DNA of 61,958 nt, filler included, from Chiloscyllium plagiosum (lineage: Eukaryota), in the NCBI RefSeq assembly GCF_004010195.1. It is 4 parts of one record of this genome, joined end to end, with 100 filler letters (N's around TTAATTAATTAA, not from the genome) between each part and the next. Parts side by side here need not be neighbours in the genome. Positions count along the whole stretch, not along the records: positions 1 to 27,424 come from NC_057714.1; positions 27,525 to 45,841 come from NC_057714.1; 2 more parts are not named here. One strand, given 5' to 3'. The position numbers and the translations under genes were made by a program. Below are positions 25,160 through 38,034 of the stretch, in pieces (position 1 is the stretch's first letter; each line of letters starts with the position of its first letter). The notes below the pieces were generated by a model, which was not told the origin of the DNA, searched no databases, and saw only the letters and a list, made by a program, of their open reading frames with translations.

Positions 25160-25504
25160 AGCCCGGGTGTCTCTGGGGATGGAGCACACGGTGGCCACCA
25201 ACACCCTTGAGTTGTTCAGGGAGAGGTGGCGCCGCAGGGAGTGGAGTGTATTATTTATCCGTCTAACTCTATTTTGATTTAATCCCTGCCCTCTCCCTTT
25301 ACTGTTTGATCACACGGCATTGCCCTTTGATGTGAAAGGCCCTGCATGTCATTGGCTACTTGGGTGTTTCTTTTCTTCCTGGTGGTGGAAATTGAATAAA
25401 GATTTGTTCACCTTGTGTCTTTCACTGTGTCTCACACCTGCACACACACACACACAAAACATAGCTGCTGAGGAAAAAGAAAAAAGGAAAAAAAAGAAAA
25501 AAAA
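25160..25504 (+). mobile_element. 5'-truncated Tx1-type LINE 3' end
   Basis: ARVSLGMEHTVATNTLELFRERW ORF2 C-terminus, 3' UTR with AATAAA, (CA)n and A-rich tail. Confidence 0.6.
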
Positions 25505-25516
25505 CAGAAGTGTAAG

Positions 25517-25586
25517 ACATCCTGTTAGAGCAAAAGAGAGTGTCTGGAGTTACATCCTGTTAGAGCAAAAGAGAGTGTCTGGAGTT
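25517..25586. repeat. Perfect 35-bp tandem duplication
   Basis: acatcctgttagagcaaaagagagtgtctggagtt at 25517-25551 and 25552-25586. Confidence 0.95.
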
Positions 25587-25589
25587 CGA

Positions 25590-25800
25590 CATAGAAGAAT
25601 ACAGCGCAGTACAGGCCCTTTGGCCCTCGATGTTGCACCGATCCAAGCCCACCTAACCTATACTAACCCACTATCCTCCATATACCTATCCAATGCCCGC
25701 TTAAATGCCCATAAAGAGGGAGAGTCCACCACTGCTACTGGCAGGGCATTCCATGAACTTACAACTCGCTGAGTGAAAAACCTACCCCTAACTTCAGTCC
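25590..25800 (-). mobile_element. Short CR1 3' end
   Basis: Reverse complement of the 24817-25000 family. Confidence 0.8.
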
Positions 25801-25997
25801 TATATAGTGAGAAGGCTCATCGGGGAATGTGCAGAGTTAATTCAACTTTTCAGAAAACAAGACCCACAAAACCTTTCAAATGCACATCATTTCCATCTGG
25901 TTTCCAAGAATTTGCATTGCAAAGTATTGTGGTGTAGAACCCCACATGTACACCCTGCAGTTTTGGAATTATCCACCTTTGTGCATGAAATGGAGTT

Positions 25998-27424
25998 TTA
26001 GAACATAAAACAGAAATACAGCGCAGAACAGGCCCTTCAGCCCTCAATGTTGCGCCGACCTGTGAACTATTCTCAGCTCATCTCCCTACACTATCCCATT
26101 ATCATCCATGTGCTTATCCAAGGATTGTTTAAATGCCCCTAAAGGCAGGTAAGGCATTCCATGCCCTTACCACTCTCTGAGTAAACAACCTGTCTCTGAC
26201 ATCTGTCTTAAATCTATCACCACTCAATTTGTAGTTTTGCAAATTACAAGCTGACATCATCATTCTAGGAAAAAGACTTCTACTGTCTACCCTACCTAAT
26301 CCTCTGATCATCTTGTATGTGTCTAGCAAATCCCCTCTTAACCTTCTTCTTTCCAATGAGAACAGACCCAAGTCTTTCAGCCTTTCCTCATAAGACCTTC
26401 CCTCCAGACCAGGCAACATCCTGGTAAATCTCCTCTGCACCTTTTCCAATGCTTCTACATCCTTCCTGTAATGGGGTGACCAGAGCTGTACACAATATTC
26501 CTAGTGTGGCAGCACTAGTTGCAACATGATATTCCCGGCTCGGGTGGCAACTTACAGGGATCTATGCACATGGACTCCAAGATCCCTTTGCACATCCACA
26601 CTACCAAGAATCTTTCCATTGACCCAGTATTCTGCCTACCTGCTATTCTTCCCAAAGTGCATCACCTCACATTTAGCTGCATTGAGCTCCATTTGCCACC
26701 TCTCAACCCAATTCTGCAGATTATCCAAGTCCTCCTGCAACCAGTAATATTCTTCCAAACTGTCCACTACTCCACTGACTTTAGTGTCATCTGCAAACTT
26801 ACTAACCCATCCACCTATGCCTGCGTCTAAGTCATTTATAAAAATAATGAACAGCTGTGGTCCCAAAACAGATCCTTGTGGCACACCACTAGTAATCAGA
26901 CTCCAGACTGAATATTTTCCATCAACACCACTCGCTGCCTTCTTTCAGAAAGCAAGTTTCTAATCCAAACTGCTAAATCACCCTCAATTCCATGCCTCTG
27001 CATTTTATCCAACAGCCTACCATGTAGAATCTTATCAGAGGCTTTACTGAAGTCCATGTATACCACATCAACTGCCCTACCCTCATCTACATGCTTGGTC
27101 ACCTTCTCAAAAAACTCAATAAGGTTTGTGAGACACGACCTTGACAAAAACATGTTGACTATCTGAAATCAAATTATTGCTTGCTAGATGATTATAAATC
27201 CTATCTCTTATAATTCTTTCCAAAACCTTTCCTACAACAAAAATAAGGCTCACTGATCTATAATTACCTGAGTCATCTCTACTGCCCTTCCTGAACAAGG
27301 GCACATTTGCAATCCTCCAATGCTCTGCTACTAAACCTGTAGACAATGACGACTCAAATATCAAACCCTAAGGCTCTGCTATCTCCTCCCTCGCTTCCCA
27401 GAGAATCCTCGGATAAATCCCATC
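25998..27424 (-). mobile_element. CR1 LINE RT and 3' end (same family as 8544-11186), runs into gap
   Basis: PQGSVLGP, SKFADDTK, YMDFSKA, RRLRGDLLDTYK; frameshifted. Confidence 0.9.
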
Positions 27425-27523
27425 NNNNNNNNNNNNNNNNNNNNNNNNNNNNNNNNNNNNNNNNNNNNTTAATTAATTAANNNNNNNNNNNNNNNNNNNN
27501 NNNNNNNNNNNNNNNNNNNNNNN
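27425..27523. other. Assembly gap with TTAATTAATTAA spacer (also 45842-45941 and 57748-57847)
   Basis: Same N-12mer-N format three times; all-frame stop linker. Confidence 0.95.
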
Positions 27524-28230
27524 NGGGTGGTAGGGGGGCGTGGACCTGACCAGGTAGTCACGGAGGGAACGGTCTTTGCGGAAGGCGGAGAGGGGTGGGG
27601 ATGGAAATATATCCCTGGTGGTGGGGTCTGTTTGGAGGTGGCGGAAATGTCGGCGGATGATTTGGTTTATGCGAAGGTTGGTAGGGTGGAAGGTGTGCAC
27701 CAGGGGCGTTCTGTCCTTGTTGCGGTTGGAGGGGTTGGGTCTGGGGGCGGAGGTGCGGGATGTGGATGAGATGCATTGGAGGGCATCTTTAACCACGAGG
27801 GAAGAGAAATTGCGGTCTCTAATGAAGGTGGCCATCTGGTGTGTTCTGTGGTGGAACCGCTCCTCCTGGGAGCAGATACGGTGGAGGCGGAGGAATTGGG
27901 AATACGGGATGGCATTTTTGCAAGAGGTAGGGTGGGAAGAGGTGTAATCCAGGTAGCTGTGGGAGTCGGTGGGTTTGTAGAAGATGTCAGTGTCAAGTCG
28001 GTCGTCACTGATGGAGATGGAGAGGTCCAGGTAGGGGAGGGAGGTGTCAGAGATGGTCCAGGTAAATTTAAGGTCAGGGTGGAATGTGTTGGTGAAGTTG
28101 ATGAATTGATGAATCGATGTTTCAGGCAAAATCCCATCCTGATGAAGGGCTTTTGCCCGAACCGTCGATTTCGAAGCTCCTTGGACGCTGCCTGAACTGC
28201 TGTGCTCTTCCAGCACCACTAATCCAGAAT
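27524..28230 (-). mobile_element. Penelope-like RT fragment with inverted pLTR
   Basis: FTNTFHPDLKFTW..YKPTDSHSYLDY; plus-strand pLTR 28132-28230 with CTGATGAAGGGCTTTTGCCCGAACCGTC. Confidence 0.88.
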
Positions 28231-28949
28231 ATGGGATGGGGGCAATATCCTCCATAAATTGAGGATTGGTGAATAAAACAAAAACAGAATATATGACCAG
28301 ATGAATCATTCTCAAGGCTGACTGAAACAGGTGGGGTGCCACGAGGATCAGTACTTAGGCCCCAGCTATTCATAATTCTGCATGTAGTAATGACATTTCC
28401 CCTGGCCATGGGACTCAAGAATTATAGGTTACAGTCTCAGAATAAGAATAATTCATTTAGGACTGAGATGAAGAGGAATTTCTTCACTCAGAAAATAATG
28501 AATCTTTGGAATTCCTGACCCTAATGGCTATGGAAGCTTGATCATTGAGTATATCTATGGATTTCTACACATCAATGAAATCTAGGGATATGAGGATAGA
28601 AAAATGACATGGGGTAGATGATCATCCATGATCTAGAATGGCACTGCTGGGTCAAGCTAAGTGACCTATTCCTGTTCCCATGATCCAATTTTCCTGTATA
28701 TTGCTCACTTTGCCCCTTCTGGTACTAATTATCTCATTAGATCTATCTGCTCTAGTTCCATTTTGCTGCTGTATCTTTGTTTACTTTAAATATATTTTGT
28801 TTTCAAGGTCACACATAATTTCCCATTTTACTTTGGCAACAATAGTTTTATTTCATAAAAAATATGTTACTATATTGGAACAGTTAATTAATATTAGATT
28901 GTGTATGTATACACACACACACACACACTCACATACACGTATCCAAACT

Positions 28950-29480
28950 AATACTTCCTCAGGCAGATGAGGAAATTCGGCATGATAGTGAATACCCTTG
29001 TCAACTTTTGTAGGTGCATGATTGAGAGCATTCTGTCTGGATATATCACAACCTGGTATGACAACTGTACCATTCAAGATCGGAGACGGTTATAGAGAGT
29101 GGTGAACTTGGCCTGGACAATCACAAAGGTCAACCTCCCATCTATAGAATCCGTCTACCAGGCCCACTGTCAAAGAAAGGCTGCCAGCATTCTCAAAGAT
29201 CCATCCCTCCTTGGCAATGTTTTTCTACAATCTCTACCATCGGGGAGAAGGTACAGAAGCCTGAACACACACACCAGCTGGTTTTGAAACAGTTTCTATC
29301 CTACTGTTGTTAGAATACTGAATGGACTCACAAACTCTTAACATTCACCTGTACCTGTGTTTTTGTTTTTGCCACTGTTTGCCTATTATTTACTTATCTA
29401 TGCTACTTCTGTGATCTGCCTGTATTGCTCACAAGACAAAGCTTTTCACTGTGCCATGTGACAATAAATTCAATTCAATT
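28950..29480 (+). mobile_element. Rex1/Babar LINE 3' end
   Basis: YFLRQMRKFGM..IESILSGYITTWY..LPSGRRYRSL; AATAAA and (ttcaa)n tail. Confidence 0.8.
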
Positions 29481-31250
29481 CAGTTAACTGTTCCAATATA
29501 GTAACATCCCATAATCACTCTGTTGGCAAAAAGCAAATTCATTAAAATAGATTGTTGCATATGCAATTCTCACAATAGGAAGACAATCTCAAATTTTAAC
29601 TGTAACAGAGAGTGGAAAAAGAGCTTCCAAATCTAGCTTCAAGACTCCAGTAACTACTGAAAGTTAAAACTAAAAGTCCTGGTTCTGTGTGAGCTTGATT
29701 CACCAATTCAGGCTGCTTCTATTGTACCAAATTTAAAAACAAACCCAAGACGTCAAATTAGTTCACTTTATTGGCTTTGAGCAGACCTGTCTCAACATTT
29801 CTTCATTTAAAAAGAGACAAAATACACTTTTTATGAAATAGTATCATCACGATTCATGTGACTTTATATATAGCATAGATGTCACTCTACAAGCCGAGGC
29901 TGAATGACTCAAAGAATCCCTTCAAAAATTGGGTTGACTTATTTGTTAAATCTAACTGTGAACTACTGGCATGTGTGTGGGTGGTCGCTATACTAAGATG
30001 ACATTGGCAAAGTGTGGGTGTGACTTATACTTCAGTGCATCTTTGCAAAATAAACCTGCCTGAAAGTTTTGTATCATGCTTGCAGGATATTGCCTGCTTG
30101 AACCTTTGTAGCTAGTTCAGTGGAATCTCTAAATTAAATGTGCATTTGTGTGTGGAAAAATTTAATCTGAGTATGAACACAAATATAACATTTCATGGCT
30201 AAAAAGGTTGAATCTGTGTATAATGTATTGTCCAGACAAAGCTATTATATTTTGGGCCTATAAAAGACATGTTGTCTTATATTTTGCTGACTACAAAAAA
30301 TAAAAAGCAGGTTTCACAATTAACCTGACATCATTGGTTGCTTTTTGAGAGCCTTGTAAGTTTATTTCATTGCAATATTCTCCACTAAAAATGGTAAGTT
30401 ATAAATTATATGTAATATATTTACTAATTTGCTAGTTATCTGGATTGGAATCCATATTTACAATGCAGAGCAGATCCTTTGAGTGTAAATTTTCCCTCCC
30501 TGGAGGTGTCACGATACTATGCGAGCAGGACGTATATTTCTTAGTGTTAAATGGATCAAAAAGGTCGGAGGGGAAAGCAGGAGCAGGATACAGAGTTAGA
30601 TGATTAGCCATGATCGTATTGAATGGCAGAGTGGGCTTAAGAGGCTGAATGGTCTACTCCTGCTCCTAGTTTTACTGTTTCTGCAGTCAGTGATTTGATA
30701 TTTCCATTGAGTCTCAACAAGTATCTTTTGGAGTATGTTAGATTTCTGACAACCTAGAGATGGGAAACTTGGTCCAATATCTCACTCAAACTGCCATGTT
30801 CGCTTTCAATGCTATAGATAGTGGAAGCAGATTTTTTGATGTGTTTGAAAGCAGGAGAGTTAGTAAAATACAATCCAATGTATGATTTCAGAACATAGTA
30901 TGATGTGAAACCTTTAGCCCTGAAAGGTATAACTGGCAATGATGATAGTTGACAGAATCCTGACAACCTCTTCTTAAATCCGAAACCTCCATTGCACTGG
31001 TCAGGAAAGGATTCTTTACACTAAATCCAAAACAAGGACAAAATGGCTTGAATGTCCTTCCAAATTAGCTGCAGTTTTAGCCTGAGTTATTAGGTCTCCT
31101 TTGAATAGTAATTCTGACATCCAGAAATCAGATTTCAGAATTCCCACCTCTTTGTTGTTCAAGAAATCAATTGTTGTGAACTTGAACTGTGGACAAGCAA
31201 AAGCCCCAGGGAGGGTTGCATACAGTTTCTGTTTAATATGATAAAGATCT

Positions 31251-31827
31251 TCAAAGTTTGGGAGAGGATTTGTAGCTCAGGTGCTTGTTGTTGTGGTTCT
31301 GTTCGCCGAGCTGGGAATTTGTGTTGCAGACGTTTCGTCCCCTGTCTAGGTGACATCCTCAGTGCTTGGGAGTCTCCTGTGAAGCACTTCTGTGATGTTT
31401 CCTCTGGCATTTATTGTGATTTGTATCTGCCGCTTCCAGTTGTCAGTTCCTGCTGTCTGCTGCAGTGGCCGGTATATTGGGTCCAGGTCGATGTGCTTGT
31501 TGATTGAATCTGTGGATGAGTGCCATGCCTCTAGGAATTCCCTGGCTGTTCTCTGTTTGGCTTGTCCTATAATGTCCTACTAAGTAGCCACACACTCAGA
31601 TGACAAGCAACATGAGTTCGACTGGGACAACACTACTAATATACCGGCCACTGCAGCGGACAGCTGGAACTGACAGCTGGAAGCGGCAGATACAAATCAT
31701 TATAAATGCCAGAGGAAACATCACAGAAGCGCTTCACAGGAGGCTCCCAAGCACTGAGGATGTCACCTAGACAGGGGACGAAACGTCTGCAACACAAATT
31801 CCCAGCTCGGCGAATAGAACCACAACA
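31251..31827. mobile_element. Fold-back Penelope (Poseidon-like) terminal insertion with 13-bp TSD
   Basis: Inverted arms about 31289-31477 and 31639-31828; atgataaagatct at 31238-31250 and 31828-31840; hammerhead motif in each arm. Confidence 0.85.
31751..31790 (+). ncRNA. Minimal hammerhead ribozyme motif (mirror copy at 31326-31365, minus strand)
   Basis: GCA-CUGAGGA-U-GUC a CCU agac AGG g GAC-GAAAC-GUC-UGC. Confidence 0.75.
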
Positions 31828-32349
31828 ATGATAAAGATCTAAAATGATTTCAGGTTAAAACAGGGAGGAAAGAAAATCAGGAAAGGAAAGTCAAGATCAC
31901 AAGATTAAAATGTGCTATTTTTAGAAAGATAAGGACTAAGCTAGCTTCAGGTGAAATAGAAGATCCAAAACAAAGAACTGTAAAATACTATTCATAGCAA
32001 ATGCCAAGAGTGAAGAAAAGTCATTAGAAAGGATAAAATCACTGTAAATTTCAGCATACCATGGATTAAAGAAAGCATTTTAAGATCGGGGATAACAGGA
32101 TATAGACAGAAAGGAGAGAGCATGAGGAAAAAAACTGCAAGACAAAGATTATATCGCAATCTATAGATATCACAACACAGAAACATTCTATTGCCCAACT
32201 AGTCAGTGTTAGCTTTTATCTTTAAGCGAGCAAAGAAACAAAATCATATTTAAATCACGTGTGACAGAATATTCTTTGCTTGCCTGGAAGGGTACAGCTG
32301 CAACAACAACACTCAAGAAGATTGACTCCATACAGATCCAAAGCATCTA

Positions 32350-32614
32350 CAGAACAACCTCGATTATCCGAAAGAGACGGGCGGGGGGTATTTTGTTTGG
32401 ACAATTGATCATTCGGATAATTTATCTGATCATAAACAAGCGGTAATTTATGAATACCGTTTATCCGAATGTACCTCAGTTGTCCGGCAATGCATGCCAT
32501 AATGCTGTTTAACTGAATGCTGAGTTGCCTAATACTGTTTTAGGGGACCTTGAGATCTTGTTCGGATAATCCAAAATTCAGATAATTGATGTTTGGATAA
32601 TTGAGGTTGTTTGG
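32350..32614. mobile_element. Tigger/pogo-like MITE
   Basis: TA-flanked imperfect TIRs cagaacaacctcgattatccgaa / ttggataattgaggttgtttgg; internal ttatccga repeats. Confidence 0.8.
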
Positions 32615-32616
32615 TA

Positions 32617-33010
32617 TTTGGTACCTTGGCTACAAATATTTTCTCCCTTCACCACAGTAGCAGCAGTGTGTACCATTTAAAGATGCTCTGCAGTAATTCA
32701 CCAAAGTTCCTTCTTACCTTCCAACCATGCAACCATTACCATCTGGAGGAGGAGGGCAACATATACATGGGAACACCACCACTTGCAAGTTCCTCTCCAA
32801 GTCACTCACCATCCTGACCTGCAAATATATCCCTGTTCCTTTAGTGTTGCTTTGTCAAAATCTTGGACTTCCCTCCCTAACAGTTTTGTAGATGTTCTTG
32901 TACCCAAAGGACTGCAGCAGTTCACGAAGACAGCTCATCATCAACTTCTCAAGGCCATTTAGGAATGGACAATAAATATTAGTCAAGCTATTCTAGCCAA
33001 TTCACAGGAA
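32617..33010 (+). mobile_element. L2-type LINE 3' end
   Basis: gcagcagtgtgtaccat..gggaacaccaccacttgcaagttcc..ggactgcagcagttca..aataaat. Confidence 0.6.
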
Positions 33011-34789
33011 TGATTAGCAAAAAATACACTATCTGTTCCTTGGTTTGCTTAACATATTTTAATGTATCTATTTATCTAATCTATACCTTGGATATTTGAC
33101 ATGGTTTCTGTCTTAAATTGTAATCCTGAAGGTGAAATCTACGTTTTCACAAATCTGCATTTCTCCTGGCTCTTTTAAGTATATTCTTATCATAATCCTG
33201 CATCTATGTCTTCATGTTTTTGGCTCCTCAACAATCTTTTCCCATCTAAGATGTCCAGTCTTTTCATATTTCAAATTGCTTTCAGCTATCATCATGTTAC
33301 CTGTCTCCTTCCTAAAGTTTCCAACAAGCCTCTTAGATTGTCATGCGGAATAGTGCACACTGTATTCAAATTGAGGTCATTAAGGTTTCTGATAGTTGCA
33401 TCATTAGCCCCTGGCTTTTAAATTCTATACGTACTGTAATAAAACTTTGAATTCCATTAGCTTCTATTATCACCTAATCAATCTGATTTGCTACCTTTAA
33501 TGTCCCAAGCGGCAATACTTCTAAATCCCTCTGCTCTTTCACAAATTTCAGCTTCACAAAATGCAGAATACCATTTTAAATCAAAAGAAAGTATTCCACA
33601 GATGTATCAGTCAAAAGGAATTGTAAAGTGTGGTTTAGACCATGAGAGGAGAACATAGTGAGGAAGATATCTAAAGGCTTGCCTAGGTGGGTCCAGAGAC
33701 AGGGAATAGATGAAAGTGGGAGCAAAATCATGTTGCCATGGCTTCCTGACATGTGCCTTCCTCTACAGGTATTGATAAGAGGGAGGATGATACCAAAGTG
33801 GCATATCTGATCAGTGACTGCCAGTATTGAACCGTGCCCCTTGAGGGCAGCCTTCCAGTATCATTACATATTGACGTGCTTCAATGGACAGTTAATGACC
33901 ATTGCTCATCCACTACCACAAACTTTAACACAGCAGGAGGGAGGGGGCTTCACCCTCTGAAAGGCGAACCACAGGCAAGCCCTGGTGTATTTGCTGACAG
34001 GTTCTTTAGATGGTTGTCTAGGATTCAGTGCATGTTTGAGGGACCCAGCTCCTGTCAATAGGAAATCCCTTATCTGGTGTCCTTGATCGAGAAATGCCCA
34101 CTTCTGGCCTTTTAAGTGCTTGAGCAGCACAAACGTCAGTGAATCTTGGGTGGTTTGGGTTGCAGGCTGGCTGGCCAGAACATGATTGAAACTCCCATTA
34201 TCTCCAGAAGATCCTGCCCTATATTTATCAATTCAGTTATGTTGTCAGCCAGACAAGATTGGTGAAGAAACAAATCTCATCCATTTAGTGAAATTTACCA
34301 CATCAAATAGTAAACAAAAACACCCAAAGAACTGCAAATTCTGGAAATCAGAAGGAAAATCAGAAATTGCTGGAAAATCTCAGCAGCTCTGGCAGCATCT
34401 GTGGAGAGAAAGCTGAGTTAACACTTCTAGTCCAGTGATCCTTCTTCAGAACATGCAATGTAAAGTATTACCAATAGCTGTCGATACTGTTTGACAACAG
34501 TATAGAACAAAATGAGAGAAGGAATGCAAAAATTAACTATGAGCAAAGAAGAAGCACAGCAAAAGCAAAGTATCATTTTGAATTACTACGTGCATAATTC
34601 AGCAGCTGTGCAACTTGTCGTTCTGAGGAAAGGTAACTGGACCCGAAATGTCACTCTGCTTTCTCTGCACAGATGCTGCCAGAACTGCTGAGTATTTCCA
34701 GCAATTTTTGATTTTGTTTCACAGTAATAGTCTGAGAGAAAAGTAAAATAATTGCACAGTTGCTGGTGTTATGACACACCCAGAGATAG

Positions 34790-35740
34790 GGACACTGTGG
34801 TAAATAGTGAGCAGGATCACCTTAGAATACAGGAGGACATGGATGGGCCGGTCAGTGGCAAATGGAATTCAATCAGACAAATATCAGGTGATGCACTTGA
34901 GCAGAATAAACAAGGCAAGAGGAATGCATTATAAATGGTAGAACCCTGGGAAGCTTTGAGGATCAGAGGGACATGAATGTGCATGACACTGGCTCCTTAA
35001 GGTAGTGGGAGTAGCAGTTAAAGTGGATCGGAAGGCATATGGTATACTTGCTTTTATTAACTGAGACAACAATTTTAAGAGCAAGGAGAGTATGTTGGAA
35101 CTGATTAAAACATTGGTCAGGCTACATACAGAGTGCTGACTCAAAGAGTGTGGTGCTGGAAAATCACAGCCGGTCAGGCAGCACCTGAGGAGCAGAAGAG
35201 GCGATGTTTCGAGCATAAGCTCTACATACAGAGTGCTGTGTGTCGTTCTGGAATCCACATTATAGGAAAGATGTGATTGCACTGCAGAGGGTGCAGAAGA
35301 GATTTATCAGGATGTTGCCTGGGCTGGAGAGCTTTTGTATGAATAAATATTAGACAGATTAGGGCTGTTTTCCTTAGAGATTGAAGGGAGCATGGTTGAG
35401 ATTTATATAGTTACTATGGGGAATAAAATGAATAGACAAGAATAACCTTTTCTCCTTTGTGGGGATCTATGACTGGAGGCATAGATTTAAGTTAAGGGGC
35501 AGGAGACTTAAAGAGAATGAGAGAAAAAGATTTTCACAAAGGGTAATGGGAATCTGAAAATGATTACCTCGAAGGATTGTATAGCCAGAAACCTTCATAA
35601 CATTTAAGAAGGATTTAGATGTGCCACAACAAACAAGGCTATGAACTGAGGGCTGGGAAATGAAATTAGAATAGGTAAGTGATTGGCACAGACTCAATCA
35701 GCTGAACGGTCTTTTACTGTAGTCGTATGACTCTATGACT
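34790..35740 (+). mobile_element. Old CR1 RT C-terminus and 3' end
   Basis: WQMEFN, KAYGILAFI, HYRKDVIALQRVQKRF remnants; tgactcta tail. Confidence 0.7.
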
Positions 35741-35764
35741 ATCACTGCACCATAATAGCTCAGG

Positions 35765-36079
35765 ATGGCACGGTAGCTCAGTGGTTGGCACCGCTGCCTC
35801 ACAGCGCCAGGGACCCGGGTTCAAATCCCGCCTTGAGCAACTGCCTGTATGGAGTTTGCACATTCTCCCTGTGTCTGCATGGGTTTCCTCCGGATACTCC
35901 GGTTTCCTCCCACAGTCCAAAGATGTGCAGGTTAGATGAATTGGCCATACTAAATTGCCCGCAGTGTTAGGTGCATTAGTTAGGCGAATGGGTCTGGGTG
36001 GGTTGCTCTTCGAAGGGTCAGTGTGGACTTGTTGGGCCGAAGGGCCTGTTTCCACACTGTAAGGAATCTAATCTAATCT
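35765..36079 (+). mobile_element. HE1-like V-SINE
   Basis: A/B boxes, V-domain, (tctaa)n tail. Confidence 0.9.
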
Positions 36080-36544
36080 CAACAGAGCCTGGTCATGGCG
36101 ATGTAAACTGTCAAATGTGAGGGAGAGTTTGGGAGAGGAGGAGGGGTCTAAACCCAAGTAGTGATGGAAGGGCGTGAACCCCCAGCACTTAAATGTAAAG
36201 CCCAATGAATATTATCTGCTCTAATCAACTCTGAAGCTATTCTGGCTGTCTGTTCAAGGGACCAGCATTTTTAACACTTGACAGCACTGGCGATATTGAC
36301 TGACCGTTAGTGGAAGTAGGACATTCTCCCTCAACTACCATGAAGCAGAGTCACAACCTCAGGTAACTAATTGCCTCATGACTGCAAAACCTGCTGGTGA
36401 CTTTTAAAGGAGATGGAGATGGAGCTTGTTACCAATGTTCCTGCCAGTGAGCAGTGCCACCATTACCTTATAGGATATAGGCCTAAGTTTCTTTTAAGGT
36501 AGCCTTCTTTTAAGGAGGGCATTTATTTTATTCAATAAATAATA

Positions 36545-38034
36545 ATAATGAGCAACCAGGAAATGGCAGGGTTGGGGTTGAATAAACACTTTGTATGAGC
36601 CATTACAATAGGAGACCTTGATAACATCTCAAAATTACTAAATAATGAAGAGACAAAAGGCAGATAGGAAACAAATATAATAAATATCACTGAAGACAAA
36701 GTACTAGGGAAAGGAATGGAATGAAAGGCTAGTAGTTCACCAGAACCTGACAGCTATATATCCTAATATAAAGCTATTCAGATGATGGGTGCAATGACAT
36801 TCTTCTAAAAATCCCTTGCTTTTGGAAAAATCCCAGATGTTGCAAACTTCCAATGTAAAAACTTATTCAAAAAGAGAGGAAATGAGAAAATCTAACATTA
36901 GACCAGTTATTTTAACATCTGATATTGGAAAAATATTAGTGTCTATTACAAAGATATGATAACAGAACATGTAGAAATAAATAATGCAATAAAACAGTTA
37001 GCACTGCTTTTTGAAGAGGAAATTAGGCCATACAAAATTATTAGAATACTTTGAGGAACTATGGCAGGATGGATAAAGGGGGTCCAGTAGATGTAGTATA
37101 TTTAAATTTTCAAAAGGCATTCAATACGGTACCGCACAAAGGCTATTTAATAGAATTTGAGACTATCATGTTAGGGGTAGTACATTAGCATGGATAGAAA
37201 ATGGATTAACTGATAGATGATAGAGTGTAAGGATAAATGGAGAATTTTCAGGATGGCAGCCTGAAACTTGTGGAATGCCACAGGGATTAGGGCTGGGGGA
37301 CTGACAATTATTTACGATATATATTCATGACTCAGATGAAGAAAGTGAATGGACTGTAGCCAAGTTTGTGGATGACACAAAAATAAGTAGGAAGGCAAAT
37401 AGTGAGGATGACACAAAAAAGTATTAATAATAGATATAAATGGGTTATGTGACAGAGCAAAAACTTGGCAAATGGAATATAATGTAATGTGAGGTTATGT
37501 GTTTTTGCAGGAAGAATAGAAGAATTAAATATTATTTAAATGAAGACAGACTATAGAAAGCAGCAGCAGAGAAAGGTTTGATATTTTTCTGTGTGAATCA
37601 TAAAAAGCTAGCATCCAAATTCAGTGGGTAATAGAATGTTGTCCTTTATTTCAATGGGAGTGAGATTTAAAAATAGGAAGATGTTGCTGGAACTATGCAT
37701 GCACTTGTCAGACTACATCCAGAACAGTGTGGACAAATTTGGTCTCCTTAATTAAGAAATGTTGATATTGGAGGCTGTCCAGAGAAGGCTCTGTGGCTTG
37801 ATTCCTGATATGGAGGCATTTTCTCACAAGAAAAGTTTGTGTCATTGGACTTGTACTCAATAGAGTTTAGAAGAATGAAAACCAATCTTTTTGAAACAAA
37901 AGATTCTTGGAAGATTTGACATGGTTGTAAAAAGGTTGTTTCCCCTTCTGGGAGGCCCTGGAAGAGAGCATAATTTCAGAATGAAGGGTCACCCATTTAA
38001 GGCAGAGATGAGGATGACTTTCTTCTTCCAGAGG
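36545..38034 (+). mobile_element. Old, AT-drifted CR1 ORF2 RT region
   Basis: DVVYLNFQKAF, GMPQG, KFVDDTK, WQMEYN remnants; continues at 38651. Confidence 0.7.

Noticed and set aside
27469..27480. TTAATTAATTAA recurring three times
   Set aside because: Always centred in about 100-bp N runs; scaffolding linker, not biology
30391..30399. ATG|GTAAGT start-only exon
   Set aside because: Isolated motif with no promoter or partner exon support
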